From: a virus | Taxonomy: Duplodnaviria > Caudoviricetes | Virus record (IMG/VR): IMGVR_UViG_3300037465_000092 | Location: 1-43,754 of that record | Length of the DNA: 43,754 nucleotides | Reading direction: 5' to 3' (one strand) | In this document: positions 8,924-20,005 of the stretch, one piece after another | How the letters are laid out: each line of letters opens with the position of its first letter | Numbering within the stretch: the stretch's first letter is position 1 | Notes under the pieces: model-generated | The model's input: only the letters and a program-made list of their open reading frames with translations | Told to the model about the DNA's origin: nothing | Database searches by the model: none | Position numbers and translations under genes: made by a program

Positions 8924-9554
8924 GTTAATATATAAATGGTTGTTTTCTATTCAGAAAACACCATTAACCCACAAAGAGCTAAAACGTGAGTTTGCCGATA
9001 CAGATGGCAAATGGTATTATAGCTTTGATGGTTTGGCTATGCCTATAAATAGAGTTGCTCAAGCTGAAAATTACAAAATATGGTTAAATAATGGGTTGAC
9101 AAAAAAGAATCTTCTTTATTTTCTTGACGAATCGGACAAGAGTGTAAATGCTGCTCTTGTAAGAGATAAAGAGTTTGCAAAACAAATGGCTAAAATAATT
9201 ACCATAAACAATGAGATACGAGAGCGAGCGAAAATGGTAATACCTTCTGAGCTTATCTATAATATTTTGGCTGTTCAATTCATAAGAGAAGATGAAGACC
9301 CTGTATCTTTCAATAATAATATACACCTTGAAAAGGTGGCGATGTTTAAGAATATTGATTCGAACAATAACTACTCTTTTTTTTTGCACACAAAACAGTT
9401 GAAGATGCTTTTACACTCATTGAATATGTCAGAAGGTCAATGGATGGAATATTTGAAAAGTTCCGTTCCAAAGGAGGAACAGTATCAAAGAATGATGGAA
9501 ACAATTTTATCAGGGAGTTTATTAAAGAAAAAGACAGAAACTTCAACAACCTGA
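8913..9554 (+). CDS. Tail assembly chaperone (G-like)
   Basis: Lies upstream of the tape measure gene and contains a T9 slippery run at 9377-9385. Start codon uncertain. Confidence 0.55.
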   Translation: MLRKLIYKWLFSIQKTPLTHKELKREFADTDGKWYYSFDGLAMPINRVAQAENYKIWLNNGLTKKNLLYFLDESDKSVNAALVRDKEFAKQMAKIITINNEIRERAKMVIPSELIYNILAVQFIREDEDPVSFNNNIHLEKVAMFKNIDSNNNYSFFLHTKQLKMLLHSLNMSEGQWMEYLKSSVPKEEQYQRMMETILSGSLLKKKTETSTT

Positions 9555-9670
9555 TAATGATGTTAGCCGATGGCGATGTTGTTCAATACAAGGAGATAAA
9601 AAAGTTAAGTGTAAAAGAATTTCTTTTTAAATTAGATAATTTTGTTGTAAATTTGCCTTTAGTAAAATAG
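9377..9670 (+). CDS. Tail assembly chaperone -1 frameshift extension (GT-like)
   Basis: The -1 frame is open from 9371 (after TAA at 9368) to 9670 and starts at the T9 run. Confidence 0.55.
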   Translation, partial: FFFAHKTVEDAFTLIEYVRRSMDGIFEKFRSKGGTVSKNDGNNFIREFIKEKDRNFNNLIMMLADGDVVQYKEIKKLSVKEFLFKLDNFVVNLPLVK

Positions 9671-9703
9671 TGCCTACCAGTTGCATGGCAGAAAATTAGC
9701 AAC
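9648..9703 (+). promoter_or_regulatory. -7 promoter (TAAATTTG) followed by a TAGTGCCT...GGCA pseudoknot leader
   Basis: TGCC pairs with GGCA and GTTGC pairs with GCAAC in H-type geometry. Confidence 0.55.
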
Positions 9704-9721
9704 CACACAAAGCTAACTGCT

Positions 9722-11899
9722 ATGTCAGAAATAATAACAGTATTTAAAGCGGAGATTGAAGGATTTAAGGCAGAGATAGACCAAATGAAATCTCAGCTTA
9801 ACTCCCTATCCTCTACAGCTAAATCGGAATCTGGTAAAGTAAATACATCAATGCAGCAGGTGAAAGGCACATTGCTTGAGATAGGTACTGCTATGGGAAT
9901 AGCCTTTAGTGTTGGAGCAGTAATTCAGTTTGGCAAGGAGTCCGTGAAAGCATTTCAGGAAGCCGAGTTGAACGCAAAAAAATTGGAGTTCGCGGTTAAA
10001 AATATAGCGGGAGGCAATAATTCGGCTTTTCAAAAATTGCTCGAACAGTCTAAACAACTTCAAGAGCAAAGTATATTTTCTGACGACCAAATACAGCAAG
10101 CACAGAAATTATTTCTCACCATTGGTTTAACTACTGAACAGGTAAATAAATTAATACCGGCAGTTGTTGACGCTGCAAGTGCAACGGGAGATTGGGAGGG
10201 AACAGTAGATAAAATACGGAATGGGTTAAACGGGCAGACGCGAGGATTGAAAGAACTCGGTATTTTTATTGACTCAACAAGTGATAAGACAACAAATTAT
10301 AACTCCATCCAACAGCAACTTATAAAGTTTCAAGGCGCAACAGATACAGCATTAACCACTTCGGCAGGCAGGTGGGCATATTTAAAAAATCAAATTGGCG
10401 ATGTGCAAGAGGCGATTGGTGAGTTTATTTTATCGGGTGGCGACATGGTATCGGCAATATTCGGCACAGCCACACAAACATTGATAAAGCAGTATAACGC
10501 CAATCTTGAAGAAACTGGCAAGGAGTTTTTAAATATGACAAATGCACAAAGAGATTTAGAGAAGATAAAACTTGAAGATAGTATAAAAGCATGGGATGGT
10601 ATAGATAAAACTTATGTTAAAACACTTCAGGATAAATTAAGCGTACTTAAAAAGATAACAGCGCAGGTGGGGGCAAATGATACAGCAGAGACACAATCAT
10701 TGATTACTAAGTTAAGGTTACAGGAAATGAGTTTGAAGGAGTTGGAAAAGTTGGCAGATGCGGGAGATGAGGCAGCAAAAAAGGAATTGGAAAGAAGAAA
10801 ACAATTAACCGATAACTATAAAAAAAGTATTGACGAACAAATTGAATATGCTAAGAAAAGAAAACAAGAGCTTATAGACATTGAATTAAAAAATGAACAA
10901 GAGTCAAATGAATTAGCGGAGAGAATGTTTATAGCGCATCTTGATAAGATGGTAAATGAAACAGAAGAAGGGACTGTTGAAAGACTCGAAGCGGAAAAAA
11001 TGCGTATTGAAGAATTGGCAAATTTTAAAATACAAAATGAAGATTTAACACAGGATGAAATTGATAATATTTTATACGAAGCGAATCAGGAGAAATTAAA
11101 AATTGAAGAAGAGTTTGGGAAGCAACAGGATGCTTTATATCAGCAGCGAATAAAAGATTACGAGCAATTTCTAAATACTAAGAAACAAGCAGACGAAGAA
11201 TACTTAAACGCAAAGGAGCAATTGTTGCAAGCTGAGAATGATGCGTTAATACAGGGTGCTGCTGTAGCTGCAAGTTTGTTTAAAGAAGGTTCTGGGTTTG
11301 CAAAAGCATTCTTCCTGTTCGAAAAAATAGTTGCAATAGCCAAAATAATTCAACAATTACAGGTTGAAAAAGCGGGATATTACGCTACTGCTGCTGAGTT
11401 ATCGGCAATAACACCACCTTTGGCAGCAGTTTATCAATCGGCTGCTATAGCAAAAGCACAAGCGGCAAATGTAAGAGCTGGAATAGGCATTGCAACAATA
11501 GCTGCCCAGACAATACCTGCCTTTCAATTAGCACATGGAACTAAATCTGTTAAAGGCGGTATTGAAGGGAAGGACAGTGTGCCTGCTCTTCTTATGCCGG
11601 GCGAAATGGTAATACCAACAAAGAGGGCTAAGAAGTACAGACCGATACTTGAAAGCATATTTGATGAAACGATAAGTGCGCCAGAAGCCAATAGGATAGC
11701 TATTGCAATGAAAAATGGCAACTTTGCAGATAATATTGCCAATTCATTGCAGATAAACGCAAGGGTGAACGCATACGATATAGCAAATGGATTGCGGGGA
11801 AATGATAAAAATATTGTTAGGGAATTAAAGCTTTTGAACAAGAAACTTGAGGGCGGAAATTATATTAAAATAATAAAGAGAAGGGGAGGAATATCATGA
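9722..11899 (+). CDS. Tape measure protein
   Basis: 725 aa, Ala/Gln/Lys/Glu-rich helical sequence, C-terminal GGIEGKDSVPALLMPGE motif common in TMPs. Confidence 0.85.
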   Translation: MSEIITVFKAEIEGFKAEIDQMKSQLNSLSSTAKSESGKVNTSMQQVKGTLLEIGTAMGIAFSVGAVIQFGKESVKAFQEAELNAKKLEFAVKNIAGGNNSAFQKLLEQSKQLQEQSIFSDDQIQQAQKLFLTIGLTTEQVNKLIPAVVDAASATGDWEGTVDKIRNGLNGQTRGLKELGIFIDSTSDKTTNYNSIQQQLIKFQGATDTALTTSAGRWAYLKNQIGDVQEAIGEFILSGGDMVSAIFGTATQTLIKQYNANLEETGKEFLNMTNAQRDLEKIKLEDSIKAWDGIDKTYVKTLQDKLSVLKKITAQVGANDTAETQSLITKLRLQEMSLKELEKLADAGDEAAKKELERRKQLTDNYKKSIDEQIEYAKKRKQELIDIELKNEQESNELAERMFIAHLDKMVNETEEGTVERLEAEKMRIEELANFKIQNEDLTQDEIDNILYEANQEKLKIEEEFGKQQDALYQQRIKDYEQFLNTKKQADEEYLNAKEQLLQAENDALIQGAAVAASLFKEGSGFAKAFFLFEKIVAIAKIIQQLQVEKAGYYATAAELSAITPPLAAVYQSAAIAKAQAANVRAGIGIATIAAQTIPAFQLAHGTKSVKGGIEGKDSVPALLMPGEMVIPTKRAKKYRPILESIFDETISAPEANRIAIAMKNGNFADNIANSLQINARVNAYDIANGLRGNDKNIVRELKLLNKKLEGGNYIKIIKRRGGIS

Positions 11900-13674
11900 A
11901 GACTTACAAGTTCTTTTTAGACAACATTGAAATTAATGACGACCCAAAAGGATGGGATGAGGCATCAATAAAAATATCACGCAACGATAATCTAAATGCG
12001 TTATTGTATGAATATACTTCCGACCTCGTATTTCATGGGGATGGATATACTTATATAAAAAACCAGCTCGATACTAATGGGTTTTGTGATAAGGTAGAAA
12101 TACGCATAGACAAGATTTGCGAAAGTGGCGAAAGTTATTATAATATTTTCGAAGGCATAATGAATTTACGTGAGATAAAAGTAGATGAATGGAAATGTGA
12201 AATAACATGTAATGCCGAAGATAATAACTTAGATTCACAGATACAGGCATTTGCAGACAACGAATTTGATTTGGGTGGAACAAAAGGGATGGGATGGTCT
12301 GTAACAGCACCAACACCAAGAAAATTAGGTTTATGGGATATGACAGGGACAGTACAAACGCAGCGAACCGGATATTATGTTATTGATGTTTTACAATACC
12401 TTGTTGACTGTATGACCAAAGGGGTTAATAATGTTACTGTTGTTAGTAATTATTTTCAAAATGATACCACACAAAGATATATCACCAAAATAAAGTTCCT
12501 GAACACATCCCAACTCACCAATCCACCAAACTTTAATGAATTAAAATGGACAAATTATTTAGGTGTGCAAAATACTATTAATATTCCGCATAGTGCTGTA
12601 TTGGGAACAGCATTGGGCAACGTAGCATTGTTAGTTACACAAGGAACAGTACCGGCAGATGTTAGGGATAATTATTATACTAATGATTTTAACTTGGCTG
12701 AGAACTCATACCACGATGGTGTTGATACTGTTACAATAGAAACGGATTTACCATTTGGGACAATAGATTCTTTTTTATTAAATGGCTTTAGTGGATTCCC
12801 AATAAGTTATACGCGGACGGACTTTCAGACCGGGACAGATGGAATGAAGTATCTCTCTATTATGACAGGTGGTCAGTTACGTGGCGCATCAAATCAAATC
12901 ACACCAATAATATCTTTTAAGGATATATATATTGAATTGGTGAAAGAGTTTAATTTGGGTATGTCATTAACAAATATAGGCGGTAATATAACAATGCGAA
13001 TAGAGCCTGTAGATTATTTCTTTTCTCAATCGGAATCTATTACGATAGAAAATGTTCCGAATTTGAAATATGAGATAAGTTCTCGTTTTACTAAAGACCA
13101 AATAAAGGTGGGAGATGGTTCACCGAAAGAGGGAAGAAGGGCAGACCTGATAAATCAAAATACATGGTATAGTGGCACATTCTGTCAAACACAGGCGGTT
13201 GATTGTAATAATAAATATATCGTTGACTGGAACTCGATAAACAATCAAATAACTACAACCGATAATAAATATGATGAAAAAATATATCTTATTGAATGTA
13301 CTACAGGCACTTTGGGAGCTGATGCCGATTCGATACGATATACACATGGTTATAACTCAACTATTGATGGTTATACTATGAATAATCATTTAACGAATTA
13401 TTGGAAAATACGCAGGTGGCTCTTTTCAATGAGTGGGAATGCGGTCTTTGGTAATAAGACTATTGTCAACCATAACACAGTGAAGCCGTCTAAAGAGTTT
13501 ACTTTTGAATACCCATTAACATTCGAACAGTTTAAAACAATACGCAATAATAGAGATAAATATATAATCTTTAGAAAAGACAACAATATTTTAAATAATA
13601 GATTAGGGTGGATAGAAGAAGTCAGCTACACCGAAAAAACAGGCTTGACATCATTTAAATTAATAACCATTTAA
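11896..13674 (+). CDS. Tail/baseplate protein
   Basis: 592 aa immediately after TMP; DPKGWDE...ISR N-terminus. Confidence 0.6.
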   Translation: MKTYKFFLDNIEINDDPKGWDEASIKISRNDNLNALLYEYTSDLVFHGDGYTYIKNQLDTNGFCDKVEIRIDKICESGESYYNIFEGIMNLREIKVDEWKCEITCNAEDNNLDSQIQAFADNEFDLGGTKGMGWSVTAPTPRKLGLWDMTGTVQTQRTGYYVIDVLQYLVDCMTKGVNNVTVVSNYFQNDTTQRYITKIKFLNTSQLTNPPNFNELKWTNYLGVQNTINIPHSAVLGTALGNVALLVTQGTVPADVRDNYYTNDFNLAENSYHDGVDTVTIETDLPFGTIDSFLLNGFSGFPISYTRTDFQTGTDGMKYLSIMTGGQLRGASNQITPIISFKDIYIELVKEFNLGMSLTNIGGNITMRIEPVDYFFSQSESITIENVPNLKYEISSRFTKDQIKVGDGSPKEGRRADLINQNTWYSGTFCQTQAVDCNNKYIVDWNSINNQITTTDNKYDEKIYLIECTTGTLGADADSIRYTHGYNSTIDGYTMNNHLTNYWKIRRWLFSMSGNAVFGNKTIVNHNTVKPSKEFTFEYPLTFEQFKTIRNNRDKYIIFRKDNNILNNRLGWIEEVSYTEKTGLTSFKLITI

Positions 13675-13686
13675 AAATAAAAAACA

Positions 13687-14136
13687 ATGGCATCAACACT
13701 AACATCAGTAACAGCAACGGTAACAACTACCGTATCTTACACATTAGGCAATAGTGTGTTTACACGTTCATTTGTAGAAACAGTTGCAGCTAACAAAGAC
13801 CCTATAGCACAAGTTATCCCTGTTACAACGACTACTATTAATATTCTTGAGATAGATTCTTCGTTGGATGCAGGGAATTTGCTTTCGCTTAAAAAAGCAA
13901 TTTTCTTTAATCACGATGACACCAATGTTGTAACACTTGGGTTTGTAACAACAGGTGGCGATACCTTTTATGTTGTATTACCTGCCGGAAAGCTTTTCAC
14001 TATAGAAGACGTAAGAAGTGATGTAAATACTACAGGTGCGGCAGCAGCAGCATTAGCGGCATTTACTTCATGGGATGTTGTTACTGCAAGGGCAGATTCT
14101 GCAACGGTTGATTTAGAAATGATAGCATGGGCTTAA
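13687..14136 (+). CDS. Putative virion protein
   Basis: Thr/Val/Ala-rich, 149 aa, in the tail module. Confidence 0.55.
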   Translation: MASTLTSVTATVTTTVSYTLGNSVFTRSFVETVAANKDPIAQVIPVTTTTINILEIDSSLDAGNLLSLKKAIFFNHDDTNVVTLGFVTTGGDTFYVVLPAGKLFTIEDVRSDVNTTGAAAAALAAFTSWDVVTARADSATVDLEMIAWA

Positions 14137-14137
14137 C

Positions 14138-15718
14138 ATGGCAAACACAGCAGTAACACCAATACCATTCGGTGCTGTAAATTTTGAAACATACGATTAC
14201 TCATGTATGTGTCGAGACCAGCGCGAAGTAGAATGTATAAAGGCTGAATGGTCAGACCCGTTGAGTTTTCAGTTTATAGCTGCTGAATGTACCGATGATT
14301 TGGTAGTTGGTGGCGACTTCCCCTCATCAACATCATTTGCTCAAAATTGGGATTCATCGGACACTACTGACACTGGCACTCCACCTTCCGGTTGGTCTTT
14401 TGCAGGCATAACACTTGCAAGAGCAAATCACATTGTCGGGGCTTCTAATTATTTACAGCAAAATGGTATTTTAACAATAGGCAAGACGTATAAGGTTACA
14501 TTTACAGTAAAAAGAGTAACCAATCCTGCAATAGAAATAGAAGGGTCTATTACACCTTATTGCGGAACAACGCCCGGAACAGCCGTAACAGCAGCAGGAA
14601 CATACACTCAATATATTGTTGCAACAGGCACGGAGCTAAAATTTTTGCCAACAGCAGATTTTGATGGTGCTTTAGATGACATAAGTGCTTATCAGATGCA
14701 AACTTCCTATAAAGCTATATTAACAGATATGAATGATAATATTGTTGGCGTGTCTGTGAATATGACAGAAATGATAAATAATTATGTATATTTTAACACA
14801 ACATGGTCTGCTTTTGCGGGTGGTTCATCATTGCCGGATGGTTGTTATAAAATTTGTATCGTGAATGGATATGATGTTGGTGGATGTACCGACACAGAAC
14901 CATTTGGAGATTTGGTGGTGAATGGCAGCTTCCCTTCTTCAACAAATTGGAATGTTGGAACTAACTGGTCTATTGCAGCAGGTGTGGCAACACATACAGC
15001 AGGGGCGGCAGGAGATTTAACACAAACATTAAATGGCATGACCTCTAATTTGTGTTATAGAATCACCTTTACAGTATCATCATATACAGCCGGAACTTGC
15101 AATGTAAGTTTAGCCGGAACATTTGCAGGGACAATAACCGGAGCAGGGAGCTATGTTTTTACAGATGTAATCCCAAATGCAAGTAATGGATTGATAACAT
15201 TTTCTGCAAGTTCAACATTTGCAGCAAACATTGATGATGTTACTGTTACGCTTCAGGAGTCTTGCTATCCCAAATCATTATGCTCCCAATGTTTTCAATT
15301 AAAGACAACGCATACATGCTCTAAGCTAATATCTATTACAAATGACAATGATGCTTTCGGATTTGATTATACTTCGTTTACGCCACAATTTACGCAATAT
15401 ATGCGAGTTAATGCTTATTTACACAAATGGAAATATCCCGAAGATGTAAATACATTTATTGATTCGCAAGGGGCAACAGAAGTGATTTACGCTTCAATAC
15501 AGAAAGAATGGGAGTTATATATCCCGGAGCAACCGGAGTGGGTGCATGATTTTTTTGCTATCGCAAGGCGACATACATCATTTAAAATAGATTCACAGAG
15601 TTATATATGCGTGGCAGGTGATTTAGTTCCGGAGTTAGAAGATGCGTATGTATTTGCCCCAATAAAATTTCAGGTAAGAAAAACGCCTGACTTGAATTTA
15701 AACAAGAACTGCAAATGA
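14138..15718 (+). CDS. Tail protein with two carbohydrate-binding-like beta-sandwich repeats
   Basis: Repeated units DLVVGGDFPSSTSF...YKVTFTV...LDDIS and DLVVNGSFPSSTNW...YRITFTV...IDDVT. Confidence 0.6.
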   Translation: MANTAVTPIPFGAVNFETYDYSCMCRDQREVECIKAEWSDPLSFQFIAAECTDDLVVGGDFPSSTSFAQNWDSSDTTDTGTPPSGWSFAGITLARANHIVGASNYLQQNGILTIGKTYKVTFTVKRVTNPAIEIEGSITPYCGTTPGTAVTAAGTYTQYIVATGTELKFLPTADFDGALDDISAYQMQTSYKAILTDMNDNIVGVSVNMTEMINNYVYFNTTWSAFAGGSSLPDGCYKICIVNGYDVGGCTDTEPFGDLVVNGSFPSSTNWNVGTNWSIAAGVATHTAGAAGDLTQTLNGMTSNLCYRITFTVSSYTAGTCNVSLAGTFAGTITGAGSYVFTDVIPNASNGLITFSASSTFAANIDDVTVTLQESCYPKSLCSQCFQLKTTHTCSKLISITNDNDAFGFDYTSFTPQFTQYMRVNAYLHKWKYPEDVNTFIDSQGATEVIYASIQKEWELYIPEQPEWVHDFFAIARRHTSFKIDSQSYICVAGDLVPELEDAYVFAPIKFQVRKTPDLNLNKNCK

Positions 15719-17214
15719 GCGTACAGATTTTAGATGGTGATGGGGTAGTTCAAATAGTAATTGATGGTGTGACATCATTCATAGAAAAGTCTTTATTTTT
15801 TATAGATGATGATGGAACAGACATAGTTATTTACAATACAGGTTCTGCAACCGGAAATCCATTTTACAGAAGGACATTTACGGACTTCACACAGCCAAGT
15901 GGAGCTGCCTCTGCATCAGCGTACGTTGCATTGGTTCAAGATGCAATATCAAATACGACAGACGATATTAGGCGTATAAATATATCCGCAGGCGGAAATT
16001 CAAACTATTTATCAAACATAGTATTCTCGAACAGCAACGGTGTTACCTTTGGGCTTAATGGTTCAACGGTGACGGCCTCTGTTGCAGGCGGTGGTGGATT
16101 AACGAACATTAATGTAAGCGCAGGAACGACAAGCAATAACCTTAGCAATATTGTATTTTCCAACTCCAATGGAATATCGTTTGGTTTAAATGGCTCAACC
16201 ATTACAGGCTCTTATACTGTTCCAACAGTTACCAATAGCTCATTCTCTGTCGAAGATTCGGCAACAACTATAAATCCGGTTGCAAGAATAGCATTTAGTA
16301 CAGGCAACAATATAACACTTACACTTTCCACAAATATTTCAAGTGTTACGGTTGGCGTATCGCATAACTTGGCGGGAACAAACACTGCATTAAATCTTAC
16401 TAACCTGACAGGGACATTGTCTGTTAATTCAAATGGAGTTAGCTTATCTATGAGTGCAGATGCAGGTGGCGGAGGCGGTGGTGGGATGACGGTTTCGCAG
16501 TTCCCGCAATCAGCACCACCAATGGCAACAAGCTCCAACTATTCGGGTGCAACAACAACAACAGCAGGAGGAAGCAGGACAACAGTATCGCTATACGTTA
16601 GTCCATTAGTTGTTCAAAATGTTGTTAGCTTCAACAGAGTGTTTCAATTATTATCACACGCAACAGTAGCGGGAACAGGCTCAATAACATACGGCAATGC
16701 CTATGGCTTATATACGCTTAACGGAGGTACGGCATTAAGCCTTGTTAGTTCTTTTGGTTTTGGTTTTCGCCTTTCACAGAACAGCGTAACAGCAAGAAGC
16801 CATTATTGGTACTGGGGAACAAACTCCACCAGTAATAGTTCATCGGTTGGCGGTAATATATCCGCATCCGTTGCGAGATTAAACATGGTGCTATACAGCA
16901 CAGGTGCTAATAGTTTACAAACAGGCAATTATTGGATTGTTTACGGACAAACACAATCAAGCGCAGGAGCTGCTGTTGGCTCATTCAGCAATATGAATGT
17001 GTCTTTTTCTCAAAGTACAATGGGTTCAATGTTTGGTACAAATGTTAGCTCAAGACCATTATTAATGGGTATTGTTTCAACAACGACAACGAACACGGTA
17101 GCAAATAATGTAAGTCATATACTGCCATCATCAATAGCAACAACGGCAATAACTGGAACAGGCGGTAGTTCGCAGAATCGTTCTCAAATAATATTTATGG
17201 TATCACAAATATGA
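15715..17214 (+). CDS. Tail fibre-like Ser/Thr/Asn/Gly-rich protein with an internal repeat
   Basis: Duplicated NI(N)xSAG..SNxLSNIVFSNSNGxxFGLNGSTxT unit and poly-Gly hinges. Confidence 0.65.
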   Translation: MSVQILDGDGVVQIVIDGVTSFIEKSLFFIDDDGTDIVIYNTGSATGNPFYRRTFTDFTQPSGAASASAYVALVQDAISNTTDDIRRINISAGGNSNYLSNIVFSNSNGVTFGLNGSTVTASVAGGGGLTNINVSAGTTSNNLSNIVFSNSNGISFGLNGSTITGSYTVPTVTNSSFSVEDSATTINPVARIAFSTGNNITLTLSTNISSVTVGVSHNLAGTNTALNLTNLTGTLSVNSNGVSLSMSADAGGGGGGGMTVSQFPQSAPPMATSSNYSGATTTTAGGSRTTVSLYVSPLVVQNVVSFNRVFQLLSHATVAGTGSITYGNAYGLYTLNGGTALSLVSSFGFGFRLSQNSVTARSHYWYWGTNSTSNSSSVGGNISASVARLNMVLYSTGANSLQTGNYWIVYGQTQSSAGAAVGSFSNMNVSFSQSTMGSMFGTNVSSRPLLMGIVSTTTTNTVANNVSHILPSSIATTAITGTGGSSQNRSQIIFMVSQI

Positions 17215-17921
17215 TAGTAGGATTAGAAACAGGCATACACAATAGCAATTTAGAAAAGTCAGGCAACAGAATTATTGAGGGTGGTTCATGGAAACATCAA
17301 AGAGTTGTTGTTATTATTCCCGCAGGTAAATCAATACCAACGAAAGTGTATTTGTCTCACTTAGGATTAATTTTCCCACCCAACAATGCCTCTTATAGAA
17401 TGGCTGCCATAGGACTTGAAGTGGGTGAAGCATTTAGTACAGCCATAAATGAAGTCTTATCTCATCCCGAATTATCGCAATGGGAATATATACTAACAAT
17501 AGAACATGATAATATCCCTCCGCAAGATGGATTATTGCGATTGATACAGGCAATGGAACAAAACCCGCAATACTCATGTATTGGAGGTTTATATTGGACG
17601 AAAGGCGAAGATGGCGTTCCCCAAATTTGGGGCAACCCTAAAGACTCTTTAAACTTCAGACCTCAACCGCCAGACCCAAATGGCGGGATAGTAGAATGCT
17701 GTGGAACAGGAATGGGATTTAATCTTTGGCGAATATCAATGTTTAAAGACGAAAAATTGAGAAAGCCTTTTTTTAAAACGCTCACAGGAATAGAAGGGCA
17801 GGGAGTGGGAACACAGGACTTATATTTTTGGGGAGATGCGAGAAAACACGGCTATCGGTGTGCTATACATTGCGGAGTTAAAGTGGGGCATTATGATATT
17901 AATACAGATATAACATGGTAG
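17211..17921 (+). CDS. Glycosyltransferase (GT-A/GT2-like)
   Basis: YILTIEHD (DxD-like), IGGLY, GTGMGFNL, TQDLYF and VKVGH pattern. Confidence 0.75.
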   Translation: MIVGLETGIHNSNLEKSGNRIIEGGSWKHQRVVVIIPAGKSIPTKVYLSHLGLIFPPNNASYRMAAIGLEVGEAFSTAINEVLSHPELSQWEYILTIEHDNIPPQDGLLRLIQAMEQNPQYSCIGGLYWTKGEDGVPQIWGNPKDSLNFRPQPPDPNGGIVECCGTGMGFNLWRISMFKDEKLRKPFFKTLTGIEGQGVGTQDLYFWGDARKHGYRCAIHCGVKVGHYDINTDITW

Positions 17922-18454
17922 AAGAAAAAAAGATTAAAATAGATTTAGCTTGTGGACAGAACAAACAGCCCGGCCACATAGGCGTTGACATTGCGGGAGA
18001 TTGCGATATTAAGCATGACCTTTTAAATAACTTCCCGTATCCGTTTGAAGATAATTATGCAGATGAAATATTTTGCTCACACTTCATCGAACACATCCCA
18101 ATGGAATATATAAACGGCAAGGATAAGTTATTTTCATTTGTAGATGAGTGTTGGCGTATATTAAAAATGGGCGGTAAGTTGACCTTGATATTTCCCAACT
18201 GTACGTCTATTCGTGCATTTCAAGACCCAACACACAGACGTTTTATTCCTGCTGCAACAGTTTATTATTTTAACAGACAATGGCGTGAATTGAATAAGTT
18301 AGACCATTATAACGTAGCTTGTGACTTTGATTTTGTAGTTGGAGAGGCAGTCAATGGCAACTGGCAATTAAGGAGTAACGAAGCGAAACAATTTGCAGGA
18401 CAACATTATTGGAATGTTGTTGATGACTTACATTTTATATTGACAAAAAAATGA
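17915..18454 (+). CDS. Class I SAM-dependent methyltransferase
   Basis: IDLACG, SHFIEHI, ECWRILKMGG and DPTH motifs. Confidence 0.85.
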   Translation: MVEEKKIKIDLACGQNKQPGHIGVDIAGDCDIKHDLLNNFPYPFEDNYADEIFCSHFIEHIPMEYINGKDKLFSFVDECWRILKMGGKLTLIFPNCTSIRAFQDPTHRRFIPAATVYYFNRQWRELNKLDHYNVACDFDFVVGEAVNGNWQLRSNEAKQFAGQHYWNVVDDLHFILTKK

Positions 18455-19089
18455 TAAATCTTTTCATAAATCCATATATCCATAATAATTCAGAGCGGCA
18501 AAAAGAGTTGGATTTTTGTATGAAGCAGAATAGAGAAAATAGATTTATTGATAGAATTTATGAGATTTATGGCAGACCATCATATCGGGATTATTTTAAA
18601 AAGATTAATGAGGTGACAACCGAAGATGATATAAATATCATAGCTAATGCAGATATTTTTTTTGATGAAACTATTATCTTCGCTGAAAATATGCGACACA
18701 ATAACTGCTATTTGTTAAGCCGTTGGGACATAAAATCTATTAAGCCATTTGAAGCACATGTATATAATCAACCGGGCAGTCAAGATGTATGGATGTTTAG
18801 AGGGAAAGTACGGGATATAAAGTATTGCGACTTTCCGTTAGGCAAAATGGGTTGTGACAATAGAATAGCAAGAGAGCTTCATGTGGCGGGATATGCTTTG
18901 GTAAATTGTGCATATACTATTCGCTCTTATCATTATCATTTAACAGAGATAAGGACTTATGACCAATCAATAAGAAATGCACAAACAGTGGTGCCTCCGC
19001 CCTATCAATATGTTTCATTAAGTGCATTAAAAGAAATTCATATTCAACACATAAGGGAAAAATACAAGTTACATGAGAATTTTGCATAG
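18451..19089 (+). CDS. Putative glycosyltransferase (GT-A fold)
   Basis: IIANADIFFD, SQDVW, GCDNRIA and YHYH motifs. Confidence 0.6.
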   Translation: MINLFINPYIHNNSERQKELDFCMKQNRENRFIDRIYEIYGRPSYRDYFKKINEVTTEDDINIIANADIFFDETIIFAENMRHNNCYLLSRWDIKSIKPFEAHVYNQPGSQDVWMFRGKVRDIKYCDFPLGKMGCDNRIARELHVAGYALVNCAYTIRSYHYHLTEIRTYDQSIRNAQTVVPPPYQYVSLSALKEIHIQHIREKYKLHENFA

Positions 19090-20005
19090 CGGATTAATGT
19101 GTAGTGCCGATACAAATAATCCTAACGGGTTTACTAAGGCATTGCTTGATAATTTTGAATATGTTTATGAGCTACCATTAAATACTCCCGATTGGAATAA
19201 TGCTATTGTGCAATCGGCAGAAGCATGTAGCCCTGACATCATCTTTTTTCAAATACAACAAGCAGAACCATTAACAGAAGCAACAGCAAAAAGGCTATCA
19301 AAATGGTTTACCATTAACTGGACGGGAGATGTGCGTCAACCCATCCCGCAATTTTATTATAACTTAGGGAAGTATATTGACTTAACTTGTTTCTCAAACG
19401 AACACGATGTTAATGTTTTCAATACAAAGTTAGCAGGTAAATCGGCATATCTGCAAATAGGAATAGACCCGAATATTTACAAGATAGGATATAATAAAAT
19501 AAATTGTCCGGAGATAGTTTTTATGGGCAATAATTACGGTAACTCATTTCCGCTATCAGAAAGCAGACGGCAGTTAGTAGAGATGATGAAGAAACATTTC
19601 GGTAATAAATTTGCCGTTTATGGTAATGGGTGGAGAAATGCAAAAAGTTTAATGCACTCACAACCATTGGAGGCGCAATATTATAACTCATGTAAGATTG
19701 CCATTAATTACAATCATTTTGATTTGGACAGATTTTCTTCCGATAGAATATTCAGGATAATGGGCAGTGGGGCGTTTTGTTTATCTCAACATTATGTAGG
19801 GATAGAGAAGGATTTTGAAATAGGGAAACACTTAGATACATTTAAAGACTTTAATGAGTTAATACAAAAGACATCTTATTATTTACGGAATGAAGACGAG
19901 CGAAATAAGATAGCCGATGAGGGACACATGCTTTGTCATTCCAATTTTACTTTTGACAACATGGCTAAGAATATAAAAATGTTACACGACAAACATAATA
20001 AATGA
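19073..20005 (+). CDS. Glycosyltransferase (CgeB / Glyco_trans_1_2-like, GT-B)
   Basis: IVFMGN...R, VYGNGW, KIAINY...SDRIFRIMGSGAFCLS and YYLRNEDERNKIA. Confidence 0.8.
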   Translation: MRILHSGLMCSADTNNPNGFTKALLDNFEYVYELPLNTPDWNNAIVQSAEACSPDIIFFQIQQAEPLTEATAKRLSKWFTINWTGDVRQPIPQFYYNLGKYIDLTCFSNEHDVNVFNTKLAGKSAYLQIGIDPNIYKIGYNKINCPEIVFMGNNYGNSFPLSESRRQLVEMMKKHFGNKFAVYGNGWRNAKSLMHSQPLEAQYYNSCKIAINYNHFDLDRFSSDRIFRIMGSGAFCLSQHYVGIEKDFEIGKHLDTFKDFNELIQKTSYYLRNEDERNKIADEGHMLCHSNFTFDNMAKNIKMLHDKHNK

